Source of the DNA: Eledone cirrhosa
Taxonomy: Eukaryota
Direction of reading: 5' to 3'
Assembly: GCA_964016885.1 (NCBI GenBank)
Contig: OZ024741.1
Span: forward strand, 204,848,001 to 204,912,000
Length of the DNA stretch: 64,000 bases
Below the pieces are notes generated by a model. The model saw only the letters and a list, made by a program, of their open reading frames with translations. It had not been told where the DNA came from and did no database searches. How positions within the stretch are numbered: the stretch's first letter is position 1; each line of letters begins with the position of its first letter. The translations under genes and the position numbers were made by a program. Shown piece by piece: positions 36,419 to 50,236 of the stretch.

Positions 36419-39400
36419 GATACAGAAAATAATTTTAACATTGATTCTGACTTATTTTTTAGTGTTTATCTTTTGATACTAAATTACTCCTGTTTGTGGC
36501 AGAACAGTGTTTGCTGAGGCCAACATGGGAGTGATTGCATTTAAAGGTATTGTCAGCCAGTCTCGTCTGGTGCTTTTGTTGTTGTTGTTGAATGGGCTTT
36601 TCTTCAGCAGCAAACTTCCACTTCCCTCCTTAAAGCCCTGCATAATTTCAGCTGTTAGTGAGACCAATCTTCCCATTTTTCAAAGCTCATACTTGGTGAC
36701 ATCTTTGAATCAAACATGTTTAGAGACTCAACATGCCAAGAAGGAAACTAATTCATCTGCTATAAATAGCAGATAATTGCACCTTGCCATTTAAAAAAAA
36801 AATAGGACACATTAGATAATGTAGTCCTAGATACATAATGCATGAAGAAAAAGAAATGGGATGGTCATGACTGAAAAGCCTTTCATCAGGTCTAAACTGG
36901 AGCTAGACAACAACTTGGCTATGTAGCAGCCAGATAGCCCTCAATAAACACTACTGTCTTTGAAATAAGGAATTACATGTTTTAAGTCTAAACCCTTTTG
37001 ACACTGCCCTGGTCCTATGATACAAAGCTGTTTATTTCAATCTAGAAACCTTCCAACATAATTTTATGTAAGAACCTTTGTTGAGCTACGATCTAAATTC
37101 TTGATTTGAAAAGCATAGGCTGTGTCTTCATTACAAATATGGTAATAAATGGGTTAGACGGGAGTTGTCCCACTTAAGGCAAGATTGGTCGGGTGACCAT
37201 GTCTCGCTCGTATAGGACTATCTGGCAGGTTTTCTACGGCTGGATGCCCTTCCTAACACCAACCACATTTACAGTGTGGACTGGGAACTTTTTACTGTGT
37301 TACTTATACAACCACATTACAGCGTGGACTGTGTTTTTATTTTGTTGTGACACCTACTCAATTTCATTAGTTTGGACTGGATGTTGTGGTACCAACTTTA
37401 CAGAGAAAGGGTGGTGGGGTGTATATTTGGTTAAGAGGTGCCTACTGACTGTAGGTTTCGCTTTGTACATGGAAATTATGGATATAACACAAAAAAAGAA
37501 AAGAGATTCTTGGAGTTCCATAATAAATTATCTAACTATATGCAATACTAACTTGAAGAAATTGGCCACCTACCACTCATGTGAACACACAAATCAAATA
37601 GATTTCATACTTACAAGGAAATGTGATAAACAGCTGGTTGTGAATACCGTTTTCCCTGAGCAGAATGTATCAGTCAATATAGATTGTTGATTAGTCACAT
37701 CAGGGTAAGACTCAGATAAAATAGAATATGAAGAAGAAAGGAAGCTATGGAAGTTGAAGGAATACATGTGTTAAGTGAATGTTTAGAGACAGCTGAACTC
37801 TGAGCCAACCTATGATCAAAAGCACTCTAGTTATGACCATCCAAGATTTTTTTTCCAGGCAGTCAGTCAAGAGCTACATGGAAAATATTGTCCAATATGT
37901 CTTTCCTTTCTTTAAGAGAGTATGGTTTGATTTCAGAGAGATTTCTAGTAAGGTAAGCAACCACACAGAAGATCCTATATTTGATGAATGGTGATTATAT
38001 ACAACTGATATATAGCTAGTGACTTGTTCTGCATTATAAAATATATGACCAGCAGAAAATGAAATTTAATAAATGCTTAATAAGCTAACATTTTCCCTTA
38101 GATATAATCCTTTTTGAAGAAAAGTATTAATACTATAGAGGGATCAGGCTTCTGCAGTTTCATAAGACATTAGTCAACACGAGACTATAGAATAATGCAC
38201 TTGTCCAAGAGTAAACTAAACTACTACATAGTTGCAAAGCACATAGTCATGCTTGTACCTATAATTAATAATTTTAGTAAATCCTTCCAAATTCTTGATT
38301 AATAGAAATCATCATCATCACTGTTTTACATCCATTTTTCCATGCTAGCATGTTCTGTAGTGGGCAATGCTAGGTCAGGTGACCATGTCTTGCTCATACA
38401 GAACTGATTTTGGCTTCGTTTCTACAGCTGGATGCCTTTCCTAACGCCAACCTCATTTACAGTGAGTACTGGGTGCTTTTTGTCGTGCAAATATGTTCTC
38501 AAATAAGTTAATTGACAACATTTTCCACATGTATGTTACAACTGATTTAGCTATAAAAATATTGCTCTAACAAAAAAACTTCCTGCCTATGTAAACAAGA
38601 TTTTTTATATCCACTTTTCACATTCAGATGGGTTGCAGGAGTTATCACATTCCGAGACCAAATGAGTTGAAGCAACCTCAACTTGCTCATACATTTCGGA
38701 GTGGGCTGGCTGTGTTTTATCATGGCACTAACTCTTTACAGAGTGTATTATATTGTGGCACTAGAGAGATTGTTGTATGTTCATCCAAACTGAAGAATCC
38801 TCTCAAACCTTATGTTGTCTCTGATCAAATATTGTAGCCTCCAGTTTTCCCCCACAAAAAAGAAAATAACAACCAGAAATATCTTGCATCATTAGATTTA
38901 TTGAAGCCATAGTAATGATGTTTATTTTTATCCCAGCACACAAAGTTTATTTTGAAATGCTTTAGTTAAGTTTTATTAGATATGTATTTATAACTATAAG
39001 TTACAAGCTTAAATTCTAGTTAGCTGTTTCAGAAAACAACTTTTAAAATAAAATCTGTACTATGTATTTTTTCAATTTTTGGCCAAATTAAAAATATTAT
39101 TATTATAGTACATACACATTATATATGTTTGAGAGCTAAGTTATATAAATTTATTCAAAATTTAACTACCTTTATTTATAAAATATTGTTTCCTTTCTTA
39201 TATCACAGACGTTTTTAATGAGTTAGAAGATAGCAACTTCTGGAACATAAAAAGAAAGCAAATTCAATATCCTTTTTAAATCATTGTTTTTAATATCCCT
39301 ATCTATGGTTAAAATTATGAGAGTGTTAATAACAGTAGAAGATAGTTTTTAAAAAAATACCTCCAAAGAGGCAACAATGGGATTAGAGATTGCTCTAAGA

Positions 39401-39643
39401 CCTAGCTGAGCATCAAAACTAAGTAAAGCTTCAGAATACCAGTTTTCTGATTTAGAATTTAACAAAAAAGTTACATTAAAGACGTAATCATTATGTTAGA
39501 AATACATCTAACATATTTTCTTAAGTATACAGACTGTAAGAAAAGTACAATCTGTTGTGTTGCCTATGTCATGTCCAGAAACCAGAAAATTGTCCTGTTT
39601 GGAATATTGTTATAATCCCAAATATTTCATATATCGGGTTGTT

Positions 39644-39664
39644 CTAAGTTTTCACATTAAGAAT
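39644..39664 (-). CDS. HBS1L: HBS1L last coding exon (ILNVKT*)
   Basis: T-rich tract + AACAG acceptor, phase 0, TAG stop, AT-rich putative 3' UTR downstream. Confidence 0.75.
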   Translation of the reverse strand: MLNVKT

Positions 39665-40651
39665 CTGTTAAAAAAAGAAACAAATGTTACACAGTATAAA
39701 CAAAGACGCAAGATAAAATAGAGAAATTTAAATGGGAATAGGTTCAAATTTAGCTGACAAACTTTGCTTAACCCTTTTCATACTAAATTGCCTGAAACTG
39801 TCCCTGGTTCTATGATACAAAACAATTTGTTTTTAAAGTGTTATATTTATCAAAAACTTCCTTCATAATTTTATGTAAGAACCTTTGTTTACTCTTAACA
39901 TCCTGCATCACATGAAACCACATTAGCAAGACATTCTTGAAAACTACAAAAGTCTTTACTCTAATACTGTAAAGATACTATAAACATTTGAAATAACAAA
40001 CCTATTTTTAGATATTTTCTGCTAAATCTTTCCACCATGTATATTAAATCCCTCCAAATCTAATTAAAAAGCAAAGACAGTGTCTTTCATTAGCAATGTA
40101 GTAATGAAAAGGTTAGATACTTTAGTAGAAAATTGGACAATGGGTTCTCCAGAGGCATATGAAATTAGGTGCTAGTATGTATGTATGGTCCCGTAACTCC
40201 TGATAGAGTTTTAAGGACACCGTATTGACATACAATGTTTCTAGAGCATTTTAAGCCTGGTGGAGCCCATCCCTCTCCAGGCCTGAGTACAGCAGATTTC
40301 TTCTAGAGAAAGATAGAAAGTTAGAGAGAGGAAATGAGAAAGAGATATAGAGGAAGAATCGACCCTAGTACTAGACTGGTACTTTTTTTATCAACCACGA
40401 AAGGATGAAAGGCAAAGTAGACCTCGGTGAGATTTGAACTCAAGAGATTAGAAAGCCTAAATGAATACAGGAAAGCATTCTATCCAACGTTCTAATGACT
40501 CTGCCAATTCCCCGCCTAGTATAACCTGGTGCAGAAAACAAAGTCGTTTATTAAGTGGTATAAAGTTAAAGAAAATAATTTGTATTTCCAAAACGATATG
40601 TCAGTAGGAATCCTAGGGATATAATTCAAGAAATAATTCAAGAAAACTTAC

Positions 40652-40796
40652 CTCTTCAACCACACCAGCTGCAATGGTATGTCCACTATAGCGTATCATG
40701 AAACGCCCAAGTTCTTTGAATTCTTTATACAATTCAATACACAATGGTCGTTCAAATTCAAGTTCTACTACAGCACTGCTGTTTTTACCAAGACAT
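40652..40796 (-). CDS. HBS1L: HBS1L exon, domain III ([48 protein letters not shown])
   Basis: ACAG acceptor, GTAAGT donor; 145 nt. Confidence 0.96.
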
Positions 40797-41132
40797 CTGT
40801 ATCATATGAAAAATATGCTTCTTTATAACCGAGAAAAAAGTAATTGTTTAAATATTTGAATTGAGAAAACATGTTTTCCTTTGTTTAATTAATCTATAAA
40901 CCTGATGTGATATGATTATTGATGTTTAGTGCCAGATCATCTCTGATCCAGCAGGCTTACAATGAAAGACATTCCAGCCAATGTCCTATCTTTTGTTCAT
41001 AAATATTGAAATTAAAACTTGTATTTAGAACAGTGAAGTGGAAGGATCGGTGGAGCCTTGGATATATGAGAGAGTAATAAGAAGAAACAATAAGCCTTTC
41101 AAAGATTAAATAAATCAATAAATAAAACTCAC

Positions 41133-41233
41133 TTCGGCCGGTTCTTGATAATTTCACCTGTGCTTTTATGAATTTGACTAATTAATCGTTTCCAAAGGAC
41201 AGGTTCTGTTGTTGACTGGTAATGGAATATGCT
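41133..41233 (-). CDS. HBS1L: HBS1L exon (SIFHYQSTTEPVLWKRLISQIHKSTGEIIKNRPK)
   Basis: TTTCAG acceptor, GTGAGT donor; 101 nt. Confidence 0.93.
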
Positions 41234-41489
41234 CTGAAACAATAAAATATCCATTAAAACACTGTTGTTAGGTTATATATATATATATATATATATATGT
41301 AGATAAATCTACCAAGAGTTTACGGTAGTGTCCAATCCGTATGAAGAACTCAATGTATTCCGGATATCATGGAAAGAAGAGATGCGATGAAAATCCACTT
41401 TCGGTGAAAGACAAACGGTATACAGAGTCAAGATAAAATATTAAACAAATAATGAATAAACAATTCCTTATATTAAACAAAAAAATTCA

Positions 41490-41636
41490 TTATTTAACGA
41501 TCGTTTCTAGGGTATATATGTGTTATAATTGGTATGCATATTCAACAGATCTATGTACAAAATTATACAAAATTATACAAATTATCAAGATTAAATATAC
41601 ATACCTAACACATATATACGCCGTCTTCAGAAATAA
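41490..41636 (-). ncRNA. Minimal type I hammerhead ribozyme motif (mirror copy, HBS1L sense strand)
   Basis: Exact reverse complement of 41641..41787. Confidence 0.75.
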
Positions 41637-41640
41637 ATTA

Positions 41641-41787
41641 TTATTTCTGAAGACGGCGTATATATGTGTTAGGTATGTATATTTAATCTTGATAATTTGT
41701 ATAATTTTGTATAATTTTGTACATAGATCTGTTGAATATGCATACCAATTATAACACATATATACCCTAGAAACGATCGTTAAATAA
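41641..41787 (+). ncRNA. Minimal type I hammerhead ribozyme motif
   Basis: Stem I TTATTT/AAATAA; core CTGAAGA 41647-41653; long stem II; GAAAC-GATC-GTT with palindromic loop III. Confidence 0.75.
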
Positions 41788-41835
41788 TGAATTTTTTTGT
41801 TTAATATAAGGAATTGTTTATTCATTATTTGTTTA

Positions 41836-41868
<33 letters not shown>

Positions 41869-41992
41869 CATCATCACCGTTTCACGTCCGTTCTTCCATG
41901 CTAGCATGGGTTAGACTATATATATATATATATATATATATTTAGTAATAACAATTATGAAGACCAAAATTCGAAGCGGGCTCGATAAGGAT

Positions 41993-42024
<32 letters not shown>

Positions 42025-42087
42025 AAACATAGATCAAATATTTATTATTAGTACAGATTAAAGTTTAAGCAAAGAATGGCTGCTTTT

Positions 42088-42187
<100 letters not shown>

Positions 42188-44162
42188 CAGAGAGCAAGGC
42201 ACTATACCTACCATTCATTAACCTGAAGAAAGCTTTTGACAAGGTACTACACTCTATAGTATAGTTGTTGCTAAGAAAACTAGGTGTCCATCAGGGCTTA
42301 ACCCTTAGAGCATTTAAATTGGCTGTATCTCGCCAGAATTCTCTCACCTCTTTCTGTTCAAACAGGCTGTAACTGGCCACTCATACTCATGTTAAGGTAC
42401 TGTTCTCAAAATATATAATATGAAAATCTCATAGATTTGATATTATGTGAGATAAAGCCTTTACAGCAAAAATACAATAGTATATATAGAGTAATGTAAA
42501 TGCTAAAGGGTTAACCCCATCCTGTTTATTATAATTCTCCAGGACATAACAGACACATTTAAGATCAGTTGACATTGGAAACACCAATACGCTGATGAAC
42601 CAGCTCTCAAGTCTGTTGAAAATTTAGAGAAGAAATTCCAAATTCCAAAGCCTCAAATCAAGAAGTTTAGAAGTAAACCTAGTAAAAATAAAGGTTTACA
42701 TGAAAAAGAAATAACTGAAATTAGGCCTCAAATGTTGCAATCAGAGCAACAAAAGTTTTAAAGCAATTCTCTCAATTTGGTTAACTTGTTGCTGGTGGTG
42801 TGCTAGTAGAAATGGTAGTGCAATGGATCAAATGTCCTGCAGTATTTAGTTCTTTATTCACTGTTGTGAACTAAACCCTTTTAATACCAACCTACCCAAA
42901 ACTGCCTCAGGTTTTATGAAACAAACTCACCAATTTTAAAGGATTCCTATTTAAGTTAAAACCTTCCAACCTATATTTTTACTTTTTGTTAAGATATATT
43001 ACAAATACCATCTTAATGAAATAATTAATAATTAATAATTTTAGTAAATTCTTCCAAATTCTTCAATAATTAATTCAAATACTGTGTATTTCATTAGAAG
43101 TATGCTAACAAAAAGGTTAAATTCTAATCTTATAATCTTGATTTACATTACTCTATATATACTATTGTATTTTCGGAGTAAAGACTTTATCTCACATAAT
43201 ATTGAATCTATGAGACTTTGATATTATTTATTTTGAGAACAATACCTCAACATCAGTATGAGCAGTCGGTTACAGCCGGTTTGAACAAAGATGTGAGAGA
43301 ATTCTGGCTGGATATGTCTGGTTTAAATGCTAAAGGGTTAATCAATTAAATTAACTCCAGTATATGTTTTATATCATTTTCTGCTACATTGGCACAGTAC
43401 AACTCTGTTGTGCCAACATTAAAGAAATTATTTTTGTTGAATTGCAGGAGTTAACAGTGAAAACTTGAGAGTTCTGGTTGTCATTGCCAACCAATCAAAC
43501 AAAGGAAGTGTCATTTGTTGTTTAGCAAAGACACTGAATTGTATCTATGGCAAAGATTACTAACTTTCAGCAGCTGTAGCTAGAGAATTAGGACTAATAT
43601 TGTAACAACTATAACAGTGGTTTCTAATTTAGGCACAAGGCCTGTCATTTAAGGATGGGTGGGGTGTTAATAGTGAGAAAGTTAATTATATTACTAACTC
43701 CTTTCAAATTCTTCATTATTTGAAAGTCATGCAGTTTTTCATTCGAAATATAGTAATGAAAGGGTTAATTAGATGGTAATTTATTTTATTAACCTTAGAA
43801 AGATGAAAAGCGAAGTTGACCTCAGTGGGATTTGAACTCAGAATGTAAAGAGCCAGAACAAATACTGTGTAGTATTTGTCTGATGCTTTCACAATCCCGT
43901 AAATTCACCACCCAAACAACAATAATAATAATGGCTTTTAATTTAGACTTAAGGCCAACAATTTTAGGAGAGGGGAAAGTCGATTAAATCAACCCAAGCG
44001 CATTACTGGTATTTTATTTTATCAACCCCATAAGGATGAAAGGCAAAGCTAATCTTGGTGGGATTGGAACTCAGAATGTAAAGGGACGTAACTATGCTGC
44101 AAAGCATGTCCAATGCTCTACTTTATTGGCCATTAATAATAAATAATAATAAAAATACTTAC

Positions 44163-44266
44163 AGGATAGCCCCGAGTAATTGGCACTTCAATATTAAAAA
44201 CAACTACTTTGGCCCGGATTTTGGTTGCTGATTTGATAGGGTTATTAGCATCACAAAGAAAGTTAC
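44163..44266 (-). CDS. HBS1L: HBS1L exon (GNFLCDANNPIKSATKIRAKVVVFNIEVPITRGYP)
   Basis: CTTAG acceptor, GTAAGT donor; 104 nt. Confidence 0.95.
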
Positions 44267-45591
44267 CTAAGAAACAAATACCACATGTTATTTTAAAATA
44301 TATGTTTTCAGAGAAAAATAATGTACATATAAAATTATGCCAAAAGAGAGTTGAGAGGACTCTTTAGTTGTGTTAGGGACACAACAATCTCACTAGTGTT
44401 GGTGATACGATAAATGCACCCAGTACACTCTGTAAAGTGGTTGGTGACAGGAAAGTCATCCAGCGATACAACTCTTGCCAAATGGAGGATTAAGAGGACT
44501 CTTCAGTTGTGTCAAATATATGAAACCTCCCTTGTGCTGGTGCTACAATAAAAATACCCAGTACACTCTAGAGTGCAAGAACACACGTAATCGAAATGCA
44601 ACTCAATCTGATTTCTCACATAAACATACCACAGGTGCAGATTCATGGTACCATGAAACATATAGAGGCTCCAAAATTGAAACTATGGCTAGGTGCAGCA
44701 AATTGGCATTCAGGAGTTGGCCTTTGTTCTGGTGTGTCTGAGTTCAAATCCTGCCGATGTCAAGTTTGTCTTTCATACTTTCAAAGTTGATAAATGAAGT
44801 GCCAGTTTAGTACTGGGATTGGTTCTTCCGATATCTTTATCACTTTTTCTCTATCCCTCTCATTCTCTGGAAGAAATTAGTTATATTCCGACCTGGAGAT
44901 AGATGGGCTTTGTTAGGTTAATAATGCCCAAGAATGGTGCTCCTATGACAACATCAAAGTAAAGGTCCTCCTTTTCTTTCCTTCCACAGCTCATTACTCT
45001 AAGCTATAAAAGCAATTTATAATTACCAAATGTTTTGTTAGATTATACTGAGTTGAAATAATCATATGAGTAAAGGCCATGATAGAAATGCTCTCACAGT
45101 TGCTTGTTTCAACAAATTTTATCACTCCCACGCAGAATTGGTACTACCATTAATGCCAAACAAGGCATTTGCCTAGGGTATAGACCTCACAGAGGCACAT
45201 TGATGAACCTTAAAGGATTACAGTTTTATACAAATTTGTATAATTAAATAAAATATATCATTTCCTACACTAAATAAATCACTAAATATCTTTGCAATGG
45301 AGAGGGTCATATGGTGTTATGACCTGTCACATGATTTGGTATGGGTGAAAGTGGACTGTGTAGTGGAAAATGCAGGCTTAGTGTAGTCAGAAAAAGCAGT
45401 GTCAAAAATTAGATTTGTCAATTTTCCAAACAGTAAGTTAAAATTATTTTATTTGGGAGAATGGATGACATAACTGAGAAAAAGAGCGAGCCTAGGGCGG
45501 TAAATAGCTAGCCATTGGCTCTGCCACTATACCATAATGGGATAATGATATGGATATATGAACAGGAACAAAACAATGAAATAACACTCAC

Positions 45592-45687
45592 CAACTGAAA
45601 CATTATTCATATCAATACCAACCAGGGTAGCTATGATATGATCACCAGCAAAGGCACATTGCTTTGGTTCATCATTCAGAGAGATGC
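45592..45687 (-). CDS. HBS1L: HBS1L exon (GISLNDEPKQCAFAGDHIIATLVGIDMNNVSV)
   Basis: TTCTAG acceptor, GTGAGT donor; 96 nt; AFAGD motif. Confidence 0.95.
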
Positions 45688-46085
45688 CTAGAAAACAAAA
45701 TTTTAAAACCTCTTACTTATTGAAAAAAAAAATCTAATTAACCCTTTTATTACTATATTTTAATGCATTCTTAGTTCAAATCTCACTGAGGTCAACTTTG
45801 CCTTTCATCCTTTCAGAATTAATAAAATAAAGTACCAGTAAAATACTCCCCATAATTGTTGGCTTTGTGCATATGTTAGAAACGATTATTAACTTGCAGG
45901 TTAGAAAATAGCTTAATAAAGGTTTTTATACAAAATTTTGCTAGACAGTTAAACAAGCAATTTTATATTGTTGAGCCTAGGGTGGTTTCTGGCAGTCTGG
46001 CATCAAAAGTGTTAACCAAAGATTAAAGTGTTGTACAATGGATCTACAGGTATAATGCATGGCATTACATCATTTTTAAGTCCTG

Positions 46086-46402
46086 AGCATTGGACTTGCA
46101 ATCGTAAGGTTGTGAGTTCGATTCTCGGACCGAGTGATGCATTGTGTCCTTGAGTAAAACACTTTATTTCACACTGCTCCAGTTTGCTCAGCTGTAGAAA
46201 TGAGTTGTAACATCACCGGTGCCAAGCTGTATCAACCATTGCCTTTCCCTTGGACATCATCGGTGGCATGAAGAGGGGAGACTGGTATGCATTCGCGACC
46301 GCTAGTCTTCCACAAACAACCTTGCCCTGACTTGTGCCCCAGAGGGAAACTTTCTAGGTGCAAATCCCATGGTCATTTGTGACCAAAGTCGGTCTTTACC
46401 CG
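46086..46402 (+). mobile_element. tRNA-derived SINE, second family
   Basis: B box GAGTTCGATTCT, central TTGTGTCCTTGAGTAAAACACTT; related copy at about 52828-52970. Confidence 0.75.
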
Positions 46403-47421
46403 AGCAATCATTAAAGAAGTTAATGAAAGGTTTCATTATTAACCATGTCAGTAACAAATCAAAGCAAGGCAAGAGCTAAGAGGTTTAGAGATGTCTGCCT
46501 TTCACAACTATTTCTTCATCTTGGATATATTGTTGATACAATGTTTCATTTGGTATTCTCTCCAAACGTTCTCAGGTGATGTTCCTGAGCTAGGACAGAG
46601 ATATCAACTGAAGACATCATCATCATCATTTTTACATCCACTTTCCATGTTGACGTGAGTTGGACAGGTTGTCATATTTTGAGGCTAGATCAGCCAGGTG
46701 ACTTCATCTTGTTAATATGTTCAATATTTGGCATGGTTTCTGGATACCATTCCTAATACCTCCTTACAGGATGTACTGCATGTGCTTATCCATGGCACCA
46801 GCACTATCACCTTATAAGAGGTAATGGCACAAGCACTGCCACCTAAAATAGTGGACTGGGTGTGTTTGATTGTAACACCAACACTACCACTTTGTAGAGA
46901 GTACTGGGTGCATTTTATTGTGGCACCAGCACTACCACTTTACAGAGTGTACTGGGAGTGTACCAGTCAAAATGTGTCAACAAAAACATCCAAGATAAGA
47001 AATAGACTCCAAAACAGATATCACTCATCTCAGGAAAAATAAAATGAAAACACATACACAGAAGTTCAATTATTTCTGTGCATTGCTGATCATCATCATC
47101 ATTGTTAATGTCCATCTTCCACACTAGCATGGGTAGGAGGGACTATCCCCTTGTGAGGGATCAGGTTGGGAGACTGTGTTTCGCTCATACAGAACTGATA
47201 GGTTTGATTTTTGACAGAAAGAAAATTTGGGGCACTACTAATAACTTTTCACTACAGTTGGTTAACCCTTTCAATACTGCCTATGTGTTTCAATTAATTT
47301 TGAATATAACTAAAACTTTGGAGGAATTTTATAAAATAACTAAGTTTTTCTTTAGTAAACTGACATTTACAAGATTACTTTACAAAATTTTCTAAAATAT
47401 GATGGAAGGTTTTAATATAAT

Positions 47422-47841
47422 ACTAACCCCTACCTATGGTCATGAATCTTGGATAATGGCCAAATGAATATGATTGCGTTTACAAGCAGCCAAAATGGGG
47501 TTCCTCCGAAGGGTGTTTGGAATAACATTATCAATAGAGTGTATAGCTCAGAGATCAGAGAGTCGCTACTTCTCCAAATTGAGAGATCACAGCTCCGGTA
47601 CTATGGGTATGTGGTTAGAATGTATCAGGAAAGAATTACTGGATAAATTTTACAAGCAAAACCAACTGGCAGGAGACCCAGACTTCGAGTAAGATGGTTG
47701 GATAACATCCATGAGTTCGGCTGGTCTCGCTTGGTGATCCAGCTGGATCAGTTGGAAACAATTGCTTCTAACAGGACCCACTGGAAGGAGTGTTTGAGGA
47801 CTCTGCCCCTATGACCATCTCAGGAATAAGTTGGCAAAGAA
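47422..47841 (+). mobile_element. Rex3/Expander-type RTE 3' fragment inserted in a MITE
   Basis: TYGHESW..RLQAAKMGFLRRV../..LLLQIERSQLRYYGYVVRM; 17-bp TSD GAAGGTTTTAATATAAT at 47405-47421 and 47842-47858. Confidence 0.85.
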
Positions 47842-48212
47842 GAAGGTTTTAATATAATGATAAACATTTTATAATGAGCAGTTCTGTATCAAATACAGGA
47901 CAGTTTCGAGCAATTTGGTATCAAAAGAGTTAAAGAAGTTTAACTTGAAAGAAATGAAGAAAGGCAGTATAAACAGAAGACCTATAGACAACAGAGAATT
48001 GGTTTATATCTGATTTACATCCCTTTAGTTCTGAAATCTATTAATCACTGGAGTAAATATTGAGTTAAATCTTGTCTTTTCTTTTTTATCACAATTTTGA
48101 AATTCTGTTACAGCATATTGAAACTAACTTGCTGCAACATTATTTGAAGTCTTTATCAACACAATCTTTCTTTCAAAACTACTAATGAGATTTTAGAGAG
48201 AGAAATACTTAC

Positions 48213-48386
48213 CTTTAATTGTAGCTTTTTCAGCATTTGGCATGAGAAACACTACATCTCCATTCTGGACTCCACCTGTACATATTTTACCAGAAACACA
48301 AAATCCACTGCCCAGCCCTTTGAACACATCGGAGATACACAACCTAAAAGGACTGTCGATAGCACGGTCTAGACTGTAAAACTTGT
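48213..48386 (-). CDS. HBS1L: HBS1L exon, domain II (DKFYSLDRAIDSPFRLCISDVFKG...ATIK)
   Basis: TTTCAG acceptor, GTAAGT donor; 174 nt. Confidence 0.95.
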
Positions 48387-49526
48387 CTGAAATGAAAGAG
48401 ACAAAAAATTAATTTTTTTTTCATTAATGTATTTAAAACAAAACAAAGATATAACATTTTTTGGAACTTGCCTGTGGGTTGAAATATTGATTCTAGGGTT
48501 AACTGAATTAAGGAAAGGAAATAGGCCAAATTTCAGCACTATAAATCTTAATATACCCAACAGTTTAACCCTTTTGATAGCAACCCACCCAAAACTCCCT
48601 TTAGTTCTAGGAAAGAAAACTACACATTTTAAAAGTTCCTATTTAAGTTAAAACCGTCCAACATGTATTTTTGTCTTTTAGTAAGTTATGTTACAAATAC
48701 CAACTTAATGAGATATTTAATAATTTTAGTAAATCCCCCCAAATTATTCCATAATTAATTCAAATAGGCTAAGTCTCTATCAAAAAGGGAAAGCTCTTGC
48801 GAGACTAATCTTTCAAAAATCACCTTTACATTGATTCTGTTTTTCTAAAACTTTACTCTCTAATGTAATCACTGTACATAATAACACTGATGAATGATGT
48901 GGATGGGAGCGTCTTAATTCTTGATTACATTTGCTGGGCCATTTGAGGTTTGTGCACAGAGCAGCTTCATGTTGTGGACTGTTTGAGATTTTCTCCAGTA
49001 CACCCTATAAGGTGGTAGTGATGGTGTTCATGATAAAAGTACCCAGTTTACCTTGTAGTAGAGCTTATGTCACAATAAAAGGCATCCAGTTTATCCTGTA
49101 AAGTGTTAGTGCTGGTGTCATGATAAAACACACCCAGTCCACTCTGTAAGGTGGTAGTGCTGATGCCATGATAAAACACACCCAGTCCACTCTGTAAGGT
49201 GGTAGTGCTGATGCCATGATAAAATGCACCAAGTCCACCTGTGGATGGCAATAGGAAGGGCATCCAGCCATAGAAACCAAGCCAAAAAAGCAATGTATGA
49301 ACAAGATATAGTCACTGGATGAGTTGAGCTTCAGAATGTAACAGCCTGTCTAACTCATGCAAACATGGAAAATAGATAAATGATAATGATAATGATGTGA
49401 GATTTCTAATACAATTGAACACAGCTTATTACAATAAAGGTGATACAGGTGTAAACTTTTGAAGGTTAAATTAGATATAATTTCTAAGCACAAAAGTTAA
49501 TTGATAAACTGAACGTAAAAATCTTA

Positions 49527-49836
49527 CTATATGTTCTCCATCAAATCATTATATGATCAAAAACTTTCGATGATGTCTTAGCAACCTGAAACGTTTATCA
49601 TTGACATTTCCTTTTCTCTCTCTATCTATGTACATTTCTCTTGCTTGGCACTCCCCCTCTCTCTATATATAGATGAGGGCGACATCATAACTTTCTGTCA
49701 CCTCAAAAACACATGACGTTCCCTTTTCTCTTTCAATCTATGTATATATCTCTTGCTTGGCGTTCTCCCTCTCTATATAAAGTGAGTGTGACGAAGATGG
49801 ACGGACAGACAGACAGCACTCTTATTATAATATAGA
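49527..49836 (-). mobile_element. Non-autonomous Helitron-like element with internal duplication
   Basis: Minus-strand start A|TCTATATTATAATAAGAG..(GTCT)n; an approximately 110-bp block is duplicated; 3' CTAG is degenerate. Confidence 0.45.
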
Positions 49837-50236
49837 TTACTTATATTCCTATTGAGACCACTGGAAGGTGGTGAGGGATTGGTGGAAACAGGACTGCAAT
49901 ATGTATGCTTCTTTCTTCATAAAAAAACAAAATTAGTTTTCACTCTAACAGAAGAGCCGCCTTCCCTTGCATACAAACTTAAACCTACAGTCAGTAGGGA
50001 CCTCTTAACCCAATTACACCCAACCCCACACACCCTACTCCATCCACTATAAAGTGGTCGTGTAGGAGACACGGTAAAAAGGCTCCCAGTCCACACTGTA
50101 AATGTGGTTGGTGTTAGGAAGGGCATCTGGCCATAGAAAACCTGCCAGAAACAGTTCTGTACGAGCGAGACAGTCTCCTGACCAATCTTGCCTCAAGTGT
50201 GACAAAACCGTCCAACCCATGCTAGCGGATATGTAA

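Larger units (their letters stand above)
41433..41844. repeat. Perfect palindrome (204-bp arms, 4-nt spacer) in an HBS1L intron, Penelope-like
   Basis: ORFs 41452..41754(+) and 41523..41825(-) translate identically except at the spacer; a 134-bp one-sided extension (41299-41432); (TA)n flanks. Confidence 0.95.

Noticed and set aside
36479-36776. Overlapping ORFs just downstream of KTI12
   Set aside because: The minus strand shows remnants (FKDV..WED..FKCNHSHVGL) suggestive of an old RTE/BovB-type 3' end rather than a host gene.
41452-41825. Two 100-aa ORFs with near-identical translation on opposite strands
   Set aside because: A consequence of the DNA palindrome; AT-rich with no protein features.
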